Assembly (NCBI GenBank): GCA_965242925.1
Contig: CBDEUM010000041.1
Span: 1 to 23,833 of the forward strand
Reading direction: 5' to 3'
From: Roseibacillus sp.
Lineage (GTDB): Bacteria; Verrucomicrobiota; Verrucomicrobiia; Verrucomicrobiales; Akkermansiaceae
DNA length: 23,833 bases
This document shows, in pieces, positions 1 through 8,822 of the stretch. Both the position numbers and the translations under genes were made by a program. Each line of letters starts with the position of its first letter. The first letter of the stretch is position 1. A model generated the notes under the pieces. The model did not search any database, was not told the origin of the DNA, and was given only the letters and a program-made list of their open reading frames with translations.

Positions 1-218
1 GGGAAATCTGACCCGATCGGGGGGCTGGAAGGGCCAAATACGTTGAATCTTGGTCGGGATACCGGTGGGATTTTCTATCTGTTGATGGATCGCAAATGCC
101 TGTGTTACAGGAAAAAAAACGCGGATTCATTACCGGGAATGGGTTGTGTGCCATGCGGGGAGCAAGAATACTTGGTGAATACAGAGATTTTGCTGGTGCT
201 GAAGTAGAAATTCGTATG

Positions 219-224
219 TATAAT
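219..224 (+). promoter_or_regulatory. Candidate sigma70-type -10 element (TATAAT) upstream of the large pseudopilin-like gene
   Basis: Perfect TATAAT at 219-224 in an AT-enriched non-coding stretch, about 25-45 nt before candidate ATGs at 250, 256 and 268. No convincing -35 element at 17-bp spacing. Confidence 0.35.
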
Positions 225-249
225 GCGAATACGCTGACCGACTGCCCCA

Positions 250-3200
250 ATGAAGATGTATGCCGTTATGAGAAACTCCGCGGGGAGAGAGCGCAAAGGC
301 TTCTCCCTTATCACGACCGTCACGATCCTGGTGCTCCTCGCCTTGATAGCGATAGGTCTCCTGTCGCTGTCCACTGTCACAGTGCGAAGCAGCACGTCAG
401 AGCTGGCGCAACTTGAAGCACGGGCCAACGCGCGGCTGGCCCTGATGGTTGCAATAGGCGAATTACAGACGAACCTCGGACCGGATCAGCGGGTTTCTGC
501 CGAAGCAGGAATTCTGGATGAGGATCCTGATCCCTTTGCCGCAGAAGGTATCCAGGGCGTCAAGCATCCCCACTGGGTGGGAGTGTGGACTACCGAGTGG
601 GTTCCCCCGGGCAGCGACGGGGAAAACAAGTCGCCCTGGGTGCGGAACGATAACGAAGGGGGCCTGAGCGACCAGCGCTTCACCGGCGCAGCGGGCAAGA
701 CCTTCGACCGTGAAAAGGACGTCCTCAGCTACCTCGTCAGTGGCAACGAAGGAGGCCGGGTTGCACTGGGAGTCGATCTTATCGAGGCGGAGGCCTGGGA
801 AGGGGAACAGATTGAGCTGGTGGGAGACGGTACGGTGGCAACCACCGAGGAGCACGTGGTGGCACCACGGGTGACCACCAGGAACGACAAGGATCGCGAA
901 ACAGGTGGCTATGCCTACTGGATCGGTGACCTCGGGGTGAGGGCCAATGTCGGGATGGTGGATGCCTACGCACTGGACGCTCCCGCGAGGGGTCCCAACC
1001 CCGATGGCATGGAGCGCATTCTCAACCCGCAGGACACTGCCGGAAAGCAACTGGATGGAATCAACAACGATCTTACCGATCAGGAAGTGCGCAAGTTGTT
1101 CAGCCGCAAGACGGTGGAACTGACTGACGGCGTGCCCAGCCGGGAAAACGCCCTCCGGAAGAAGAAAGCCTTCCATCACATGACGACCCAGTCGAAGGCG
1201 GTCCTGTGCAACGTGCGCCAGGGAGGGCTCCTGCGGGACCTCACCGCCTTTGTCCACGATCGACGTGGTACAATCCGTGATCTCCGGGCTGACGGCAGGA
1301 TCGTCTCCCAGGGAATTGACGACCACGACAACATGATCGGACCGGCCAACGCCAACGTGGCGGATGAGCAGGGAACGACCTGGGGTCAGACGAAGTATCG
1401 TGATATCGCCCCGACCTTCGCCCTGGTGCGCAACTGGGCCAATGCCGGCAGGCTCCTGCAGTATGACGAGGAAGAGACCGACATGGTGGATCCAGCGCCC
1501 CCGACTGCGGAGGATATTTCCAATGGCACCCTGCGCGGGATGAACGATGGGGTGAACGTTTATGATGGGGGCAACCTGCGCCCGGCATCCTTCCTTCCGT
1601 TTGTTCAGCCCAACCTGTTTCCGGTCATGACGGAGGGTTCGGTCTACTACAACCTGGCGACCTATGCACAGACCGCGAACAACCCCTCGTCCCCCCAGGT
1701 TCTCCGGATCTGCTACTATCCCCGCGTGTCGCTGTGGAACCCCTACAACGTGTCGCTCAAGCTCCACAACATGTGCGCCACCGTCTTCGTGAACGGAAAC
1801 AAGGACGTGCGGGTCACCTACTCCGACCGCACCACCCGGACCAATGTTCCAATTCCGTTTGGTCGCGGATCGACCAAGATCACTAATGGAGCCAAGCCGA
1901 GTGGATCTGATCCCAGCCCCGGGCACTACGTGGGCTGGGTTCTCTTCAAGCTGCAGCCCACCACCATGGCCCCGGGGGAAACGCTGGTCTTCAGCCCGAT
2001 CCGAACGTCGGAATACCAGCTCTTCCAGATTGACCGCAATGTTCTCTCCTCCTCGGTGGCGCCTGACCCGGGGCTCTACTTCTGGCAGGACATGCAGCCG
2101 AACCCGACGCACACCAAGAAGCCGGTGAGCTTCATCGAATTTCCCGGCCCGGGCAACCAGTCCGGCGGGGACAACTACATGATGTCGCTCAAGAGTGCCG
2201 GCCGCCAGCGTTCCTTCAATGACTCTTCCTTCAACAACATGCAGTCCATCGTTTACGCCAATACCTCGCTGCAGGCGGGTGGTAGTGACGAACTCCCGGT
2301 GCAGTGGAGTACGGGTCGCGGCCGCCAGCCGGAGCCGCGGGTCCATGACCTGGGGAGCAGCCGTGCCGTATTGCCGGGGACGGCTATCCCGGACACCCGC
2401 ACGCGGGACGGCTTCCGCATCCGCTGGTGGGACGAGCACCGTTCAAACGTCCTTGGATCGGGCCAGCTGCGTGGCCAGCCCCAGCACCTTAAGAGCTCGG
2501 TGATCGGGACTTGGAACCCGCGGGCGGCTTACTTCTGCCGCAACCCGTGGGATAATGTCACCGACCTGCCCCCCCACTTCTACGGGATGTATACCCGCGA
2601 CCTCTTTGACCAGCGGGTGAGCTGGCAGAACATGATGCCCCGCTCGATTGACGGGAGGCAGGTCAGCTGGCCCTTCGGCGAACCGCTCAACGCACCGGAC
2701 GACGGGGTGGTCCTCTTTGACGTGCCTCGCGAGGAGATTGGCATTCCCTCCCTCGGATTCCTGCGTCACTTGAAGCTCTCCGAATTCGGATGGCACCCCA
2801 GCTACGCAGTGGGCAACTCGATAGTGGATCCCCGGGTGGGCCGCCTGCACACCAGCCCGGTGCTGCAGACCTCCCGTGAGAAATCCAACAACGGCTGGAA
2901 CTCGTATCTCTTCGGCCACCAGGGAGGCCGGACCTCGGGGCGGGGCGCGGACTACTGGGCCATGCTGACCCGCCAGATTCTCTTCAACCGTCCCGACGAC
3001 CACTTCGTGGTCTATGACCTGAGCTACGAGACGAACTTCAACCTCTGGGACAACTTCTTCGTCTCCACCGGTAATAATGCTCGCAAGATTGCCTTCGTGG
3101 AAAGTCCCGAGGAGAACCCGCTTCCCAACGGCCGCTTTCAGCTGGTGGGAACCGGAACCAACGTGCGCAATGACGTAGTCAACTTCCACAAGGCTGCCAG

Positions 3201-4000
3201 CCAGCTCTGGCTCAATGGCGGATTCAACGTGAACTCCGTCAGTGTGGACGCCTGGAAGGCCGTGTTGGCCTCCGCCATGAATGCGGGTGACTATGCCAGT
3301 GAGGATGCGGTTCCCTTCCCGCGGGTGATCAATCCGCCCAATGGCGAGTATCTCGACGGCAACTGGGATGACGAGGAAGCCACCTCCGGCTTCCTGAGCA
3401 TCGACGGCAGCGACACTTCCGACAGTGATCTTGAGCGTCTCGCGCAGGAGATCGTGCGGGAGGTGAAGGAGCGGGCGCCCTTCTTCGGACTGTCGGACTT
3501 CATCAACCGCCGCCTGGTGGACAGTGAGCACGGGGATGCGGGACCGATCGAGGCCGCCATCCAGCGTTCCGGGATCAACGCGGAGTTCGACGAGCACGAG
3601 ATTCTCCGCATTCCGAACAACCCGCGGGACAGATTGCGCAACGTGAGTTTCGACAACATGAGCGATGCCACGCGCCTGGAGCAGACCCAGAAGCCTAACT
3701 CGGTGGCGTGGGGACTTCCCAGCTACCTGACCCAAGGGGGACATCGTGCAGGCCATCGGGTCGGCCCTGCGTCCGCGTTCGGATTCCTTCCTGATCCGCT
3801 CCTATGGCGAGTCGGTGGACGCGCAGGGCAACGTGCAGGCCCGGGCCTGGTGCGAGGCGATCGTGCAGCGCACGCCGGAACCGATCAATTCGGATTCCAG
3901 CGGCCTTAATCCGGTGGTGACGAGGAGCCCCGACGAGATCGAGTTCGGGCGCCGTTTCAAGCTGGTGAGCTTCCGGTGGCTGAACCCGGAGGAAGTCTAG
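250..4000 (+). CDS. Verru_Chthon cassette protein A-like / PilX-like large pseudopilin-type exported protein (~1249 aa when repaired). Split by a +1 G at 3736-3740 into ORFs 250..3909 and 3746..4000.
   Basis: Prepilin-like N-terminus RERKG|FSLITTVTILVLLALIAIGLLSLS with no Glu5 (PilX-like). Family motifs ARANARLALMVAIGELQ..GPDQRVSA, GGYAYWIGD, SLWNPYNV, FNVNSVSVDAWKAVL and LAQEIVREVKERAPF..LSDFINRRL. The shifted frame carries the canonical end RSDSFLIRSYGE..ARAWCEAIVQRTPE..FGRRFKLVSFRWL. The start could be 250, 256 or 268. Confidence 0.8.
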
Positions 4001-4026
4001 GCCCCGCCATACCGACCAGAATCTGC

Positions 4027-4065
4027 AGACCACGGACCGCTACGGTCCGTGGTCTTTTCTTTTCC
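4027..4065 (+). terminator. Rho-independent terminator
   Basis: Perfect 13-bp stem AGACCACGGACCG (4027-4039) / CGGTCCGTGGTCT (4043-4055) with a 3-nt loop, followed by TTTCTTTT. It lies 26 nt after the TAG at 4000. Confidence 0.85.
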
Positions 4066-4101
4066 TTTGGTGAGCCGAGGGGAGGGAGGGTAGAAGGAGG
4101 A

Positions 4102-5130
4102 ATGGCGAATCTGATTGAGACCGAGGTGGCCCTCGATGAAGAGCTCACCGCCCCGCGCCCGGTCCTGGTCGACGCCATCCGGGAACTGCGGAGTCCGCTC
4201 GTGATCCTCGGGGCCGGGGGAAAAATGGGACCGTCCCTGGCGGTCCTCGCCCGGCGGGCAGCCGAGGCAGCCGGGCATGAACTGGAAGTGATTGCGGTGA
4301 GCCGCTTCAGTGATCCGGCCAAGGAGAAGTGGCTGCGAACCCGAGGGGTGAAGACAGTGACGGCGGATCTCCTGGACCGCAACAGCGTGAGGGGGCTTCC
4401 AGACGCGGGAGAGGTGCTCTATCTGGTGGGGCTCAAGTTCGGGACCGAAGCGAATCCGTCCCTGACCTGGGCCATCAACACGGTGGCGCCACTCCACGTG
4501 CTGGAGCGCTATGTGGGGCTGCGGCTGGTGGCCCTCTCCACGGGCAACGTTTACCCGCTGAGCCGGGTCGAGCAGGGGGGATCGCGGGAAGGCGATCCCC
4601 TGACTCCCCTCGGGGAGTATGCCAATGCCGCGGTGGCGCGGGAGCGCCTCTTCGACTACGGCTCACGGGAGGGGGGCAGGCGGGTGGCGCTCATCAGGCT
4701 GAACTACGCCACCGACCTGCGTTACGGCGTCCCGGTGGACCTGGCCCGGAAGGTCTGGCACCGCGATCCCATTGACCTGGGCAACGGATTTTTCAACTGC
4801 ATCTGGCAGGGGGATGCCAATGAAATGATCCTGCGGGCCTTTCCGCTGGCGGACTCCCCGGCGCGGCCCTGGAATCTCACCTCACCGGGGATCTGCCGGG
4901 TGCGGGAGGTGAGCGGACGTCTTGGTGAGCTGCTGGGGCGCGATCCCGTTTTCACCGGGGAGGAGGCCGGGACCGCCCTCCTGAGCGACTCCCGGGCCCT
5001 CTGTGCCCAGCTGGGAGACCCGCCCACCAGCGTGGAAACCATTCTTGAGCGTACGGCACACTGGGTGCAATCCGGCGGTCCTTCCCTGGGCAGGCCCACC
5101 CACTTTGAAGTGCGGGATGGAAGGTTTTAA
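4102..5130 (+). CDS. NAD-dependent epimerase/dehydratase family protein (extended SDR)
   Basis: Rossmann motif LVILGAGGKMG, then AVSRFS, DLLD, LSTGNVY, GEYANAAVARE and IRLNYA..LRYGV. The ATG at 4102 follows a purine-rich GAAGGAGG. The longer 3976 start would overlap the terminator. Confidence 0.85.
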   Translation: MANLIETEVALDEELTAPRPVLVDAIRELRSPLVILGAGGKMGPSLAVLARRAAEAAGHELEVIAVSRFSDPAKEKWLRTRGVKTVTADLLDRNSVRGLPDAGEVLYLVGLKFGTEANPSLTWAINTVAPLHVLERYVGLRLVALSTGNVYPLSRVEQGGSREGDPLTPLGEYANAAVARERLFDYGSREGGRRVALIRLNYATDLRYGVPVDLARKVWHRDPIDLGNGFFNCIWQGDANEMILRAFPLADSPARPWNLTSPGICRVREVSGRLGELLGRDPVFTGEEAGTALLSDSRALCAQLGDPPTSVETILERTAHWVQSGGPSLGRPTHFEVRDGRF

Positions 5131-5253
5131 GCGTCGCGGCGGGAGGCTTCCGGAAACCGGGAAAGGCCCGTCATTGCGGGGGCGGCAGGGGCCTGATGAG
5201 TGAAGCTGAGAATCGGTTTGACGGTCCTCCCGGGAATGGGAGAGGATGCCCCA

Positions 5254-5919
5254 ATGTTTCCTGCAGGCATTCTTACAAGACGACTGGTGCTGTCCGTTCT
5301 GATGGCGTTCATGGCCCTGCCGGGTGTCGCGGCAGAAGAGCAGGAAGGCGAAAAACCGCGTGTCTGGACCAGCATTGAAGGCAAGAAACTCACCGGGGTG
5401 CTGGAAGAGAAGGGAGAGGACTGGGTGAAGCTCAAGGTGAAGGGCAGGCTCTACAAGCTCAAGCTCGAGAAGCTCAGCCAGGCCGACCGGGATTACCTCA
5501 AGACCCACAAGGTGAAGAAGCCCCTCGTGATCAGGACCGAGCTCAAGTCCTACAAGGACCCCGATCTCAAGAAAACGATTAAGACCCTGGACGTGGAGTT
5601 CAGGAACTTGGATGAGAACGCGGAGCTCTACCTCCTCGTGGTCTGGATCTCCAAGAAGAAGTCCGACGAACGGGGGGGTGATGTCAGCATCAAGGAAAAG
5701 CTGGAATGCTTCTATGACCGGGACGGGGTCTATTCCCACGAGGCCGGGTTCTACGATCACAAGAATGGGGACGACTACCGCGGCTGGGCCATCCGGGTGA
5801 TGGACATGAAGGGCAAGGTGATCACGGAGCGGGCCAGCGCCTCCTCCTTCCTCCGCTACCTCAAGACGGTGGTGACCCGCCGGGCGCCCCGGCCTCCTGA
5901 GGAGGACGAGGAGAAGTAG
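5254..5919 (+). CDS. Exported hypothetical protein with N-terminal SHD1 (SLA1 homology domain 1)-like domain
   Basis: Signal peptide (..RRLVLSVLMAFMALPGVAA|EE), then RVWTSIEGKKLTGVL..VKLK..KLKLEKLSQADRDYL, the typical PVC SHD1 pattern. Strong GC3 codon bias. Start uncertain (5200, 5236 or 5254). Confidence 0.75.
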   Translation: MFPAGILTRRLVLSVLMAFMALPGVAAEEQEGEKPRVWTSIEGKKLTGVLEEKGEDWVKLKVKGRLYKLKLEKLSQADRDYLKTHKVKKPLVIRTELKSYKDPDLKKTIKTLDVEFRNLDENAELYLLVVWISKKKSDERGGDVSIKEKLECFYDRDGVYSHEAGFYDHKNGDDYRGWAIRVMDMKGKVITERASASSFLRYLKTVVTRRAPRPPEEDEEK

Positions 5920-5997
5920 GGGTGGAAATTCCCGCTGTCCCCGTGCACTTCCCCGTTGTTCTCCTGCGACTGGCCGGGTCCGGGTCCCGTGATACTG

Positions 5998-6411
5998 TTA
6001 CCGACGAATGGGATCAAAAGGGGCCTGCGGGTCCCGTCCGAAGGCCGGAGCGAGAGTGACGCCGGAAGCGTCCACGGCCCGGACGATGCCAGCAAGGTGA
6101 ACGACCGTGCCTACGGTGCAGGCCTCGGCCGCGGCCTTGAAGGTCCCGAAATTCGCGACCACGGCATGCTGCAGCCTGACCGTGCAACGATCCGGGTCGG
6201 AAGTGTCCACCGCGGTGACCCTGCCGCGGACACTGACCTTTCGCCCCATGTAGACCGGAGCGAGGGTGGCTGCATCACGGGCCTCAAACTGGGCTGCGGG
6301 ATTTCCATAGTCCATGGTCCATCCCCGGCATCCGCCGAGGATCGGGAAGAGGATGGCCAGCCCGGTCATGAGGATGAGGAGGGCTGCCGGTCTTAAGCGT
6401 CGCATCTTCAT
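5998..6411 (-). CDS. Putative lipoprotein, OB-fold (tRNA_anti-like) family
   Basis: Basic N-region, hydrophobic core and lipobox LGG|C, then YMGRKVSVRGRVTAVD..VGTVVHLAGIV, which resembles OB-fold lipoproteins. Confidence 0.6.
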   Translation of the reverse strand: MKMRRLRPAALLILMTGLAILFPILGGCRGWTMDYGNPAAQFEARDAATLAPVYMGRKVSVRGRVTAVDTSDPDRCTVRLQHAVVANFGTFKAAAEACTVGTVVHLAGIVRAVDASGVTLAPAFGRDPQAPFDPIRR

Positions 6412-6643
6412 GAGGGGAGGAGGGTAACCGTTCCGGCTGACCCCGGGTCATTGAAAATGATGATCCGGTCATTGGCTGGGGGATGTAAGGGGGTGATGGT
6501 GATGATCCGGCACCCGGGGGAGGGAACGGGGCGCCCGGGCTCCCTCGCGGAGCAGGAGGTCCAGGTGGATCTGGAAAAAGCACGGCGCGCTTGTGGGAAT
6601 GCTGGTTGCTGGCTAAAGCTCTCTCGGCCAAAGCCTTCCGATT

Positions 6644-7627
6644 TTGCGTATTTGCCTGCTCACCACTCAGGACCTGGACGCGGATCCCTTTCCGCCCGAT
6701 GACTGGCCCTGTGACCCGCGGCCTTTCCTGCCGGAGGAGCAGTGGCACGTGGAGACCTTGAACAAGAAGACCTCGGTGGAGGTGATCACCCGTCTGGTGG
6801 AGGGAGGAGAATTTGATCTCTTCTTCAATCTCTGTGACGGAGCGGCGGACCAGGGGATCCCCGGGATTGAGGTGGTGGAGACCCTGGAGAAGCTGGGAGT
6901 GCCCTTCACCGGGGCGACCTCGAACTATTACGAGCCGACCCGTGAGGAGATGAAGGAGGCCTGTCGGAGGGAGGGGATTGCCACCCCGGCCGCGGTGCTG
7001 GCCCGGGACGAGGCCGACGTGGAGAGGGCCGCGGAGACGCTGCGCTTTCCCCTCTTCGTCAAGCACCACAACAGTTATGCCAGCGTGGATTTGAGCCGGA
7101 ACTCGCGGGTCCAGTCGCGGGCCGGCCTGCTCCAGCAGGCCCACAAGATCATCTCACGCTACGGGGCGGCCCTGGTCGAGGAGTACATCGACGGGATCGA
7201 GTGCACGGTGCTGGTGGCGGAGAATCCCGATGACCCGGACCGACCGGTGAGCTATGTCCCCATGCAGTATCGCTTCCCGGAGGGGGAGGAGTTCAAGCAC
7301 GCGGATCTGAAGTGGGTGGACTATGATGCATTATCGAGTTTCCCGGTGGAGGATCCGGTCCTGGCGGCCCGCCTGCGGGAAGAGGCTGGCCGGTTCTTCG
7401 TGGCCCTCGGGGGAGCGAGTTTTGGGCGCTGCGACGTGCGGGTGAATGCTGGCGGCACGCCCTACTTCCTTGAGATCAATCCAAATTGCGGAGTCTATTA
7501 TCCGCCTTCCGATCCCGGGAGTGCGGACCTCTGCCTGATGAAGGACCCGGCCGGACACGAGGGGTTTACCAGGCAACTGGTGCGGGCCGCCCTGGTGCGG
7601 CACGCCCGCCGGCAGGCTGCAGACTGA
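6644..7627 (+). CDS. D-alanine--D-alanine ligase-like ATP-grasp enzyme (divergent)
   Basis: FDLFFNLCDG, LEKLGVPFTG, FPLFVK, ALVEEYIDGIECTV, GRCDVRV and YFLEINPNCG are ATP-grasp/Ddl C-domain motifs. TTG start. Confidence 0.8.
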   Translation: MRICLLTTQDLDADPFPPDDWPCDPRPFLPEEQWHVETLNKKTSVEVITRLVEGGEFDLFFNLCDGAADQGIPGIEVVETLEKLGVPFTGATSNYYEPTREEMKEACRREGIATPAAVLARDEADVERAAETLRFPLFVKHHNSYASVDLSRNSRVQSRAGLLQQAHKIISRYGAALVEEYIDGIECTVLVAENPDDPDRPVSYVPMQYRFPEGEEFKHADLKWVDYDALSSFPVEDPVLAARLREEAGRFFVALGGASFGRCDVRVNAGGTPYFLEINPNCGVYYPPSDPGSADLCLMKDPAGHEGFTRQLVRAALVRHARRQAAD

Positions 7628-7634
7628 GGGTGGA

Positions 7635-8699
7635 TCAGCTCTCCTTGGAGTTGAAGAAGATCTTCAGGTAGCCCATCCCGCGGGTTTCGTCATAGCCACG
7701 CTCGAGGGCCGTTTCCTGGAACTCGGGGAGGAGGCGCACTTCCACTCCGGTATCGAACTTCATGACCCCGCCGACCTTCTTCTTCACCAGGTCCAGTTCC
7801 TTCGGGGTGATCCCGAAGTCATCGGCGAGGGGGTGACCCTGTTCTTCCTCGAAGCTGGCTTTGTATTTCTTGAACTTGGCCACCATGGCGGGATCGCGGC
7901 GCAGGACTTCTTCCTCGAATTCCTGCATGCTGAAGTGGTTCCGGTTTTCAAAGAAGCTCATGGCGCGCTTGGCGGCCATTGTCTGCCCCGACACGTCCCC
8001 GTCCTCCCTGGCAGCCGGGCTCTCGTCACTCTGCAGGAAGGAGACCGCCAGTCCCGCCACCTGGTTGGTGAGCAGGGAGTCGTCGGTGAGGAGGCGCACC
8101 CCGAGGAAATCGCGCAGCCAGAAACGCGCGTGAGCCCCGGCCCGGTCGAAGGTCAGGACCTGGTAGCCGCTGTCCTCGTGGACATTGAGGATGAGGCAGC
8201 CCTTGTCGATCCTGTCGGGGTTGATGCCGTGCTCGGTAGTGATGCGGAGATCCCCCTGGTGGGAGGAGATGCTCAGGAAGGGGTCCACCGTTTCTGACTT
8301 CAGGATGCAGAGAGCCTCGGTAGGCCCGCTTTCCAGCGTGAGGTTGCTGACCCGTACGATGCACAGGTCTCCCGACTTGATTTGGGGGTGGTTGGACTTG
8401 GCGTAGAGACGCCGGGCGATTTCGCAGCCCTTCTCGAGGAAGGATTCCTGCCCGGTGAAGATAGCCCGGGCACAGGTGTAGGTTTCGTTCTTGTCGAGGG
8501 AGGAGTGATGGCCGAAGTGGTAGCGCGCCTGGCTGCGGAAGGGCTTGAGGATCAGCTGGGAAAACAGGTCACGATCGGTCTCCCCGATCCTGCAGATCTC
8601 GCGCGAGGTTTCGAGGGGTTCATCATGCAGGGGGTTGCCCACCCGGGCGAGAACCACCTCGTCTGCGGTGGCCTTGGAGAAACCAATCCGTGAAGGCAC
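7635..8699 (-). CDS. Nucleoid-associated protein, NA37 (YejK/NdpA-like) family
   Basis: Motifs RVGNP, IARRLYAKSNHPQIKSGDL, ILKSE..FL, GINPDRIDKGCLILN, FWLRDFL and C-terminal ERGYDE..GMGYLKIFFN resemble Bacteroidota-type NA37 proteins. GTG start. Confidence 0.75.
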   Translation of the reverse strand: MPSRIGFSKATADEVVLARVGNPLHDEPLETSREICRIGETDRDLFSQLILKPFRSQARYHFGHHSSLDKNETYTCARAIFTGQESFLEKGCEIARRLYAKSNHPQIKSGDLCIVRVSNLTLESGPTEALCILKSETVDPFLSISSHQGDLRITTEHGINPDRIDKGCLILNVHEDSGYQVLTFDRAGAHARFWLRDFLGVRLLTDDSLLTNQVAGLAVSFLQSDESPAAREDGDVSGQTMAAKRAMSFFENRNHFSMQEFEEEVLRRDPAMVAKFKKYKASFEEEQGHPLADDFGITPKELDLVKKKVGGVMKFDTGVEVRLLPEFQETALERGYDETRGMGYLKIFFNSKES

Positions 8700-8822
8700 A
8701 CGGGACGATAAAAAACCTGCGCTCGACTACCACGCGAAAAGGTGATGAGCAGTTCCCAAGGTGCTCACAGCCTGTCCACAGGGCGGAGGGAGGCGCGCTC
8801 CGGGCGGGGGCTAGAACCGGGT

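Noticed and set aside
463..3756. Long minus-strand ORFs 463..2439 (658 aa) and 2443..3756 (437 aa)
   Set aside because: They are antisense shadows of the plus-strand pseudopilin-like gene caused by high GC3 bias, and show no recognisable motifs.
3976..4101. Extended N-terminus of the epimerase ORF
   Set aside because: It overlaps the upstream gene end and its terminator. ATG 4102 has a purine-rich RBS-like sequence just upstream.
5145..5168. Hairpin GGCTTCCGG-AAA-CCGGGAAAGGCC after the epimerase stop
   Set aside because: The stem is imperfect and has no U-tract, so support is too weak to call a terminator.
6644..7627. Gene symbol ddl
   Set aside because: The key Ddl substrate loops are not conserved and the context is not a cell-wall cluster.
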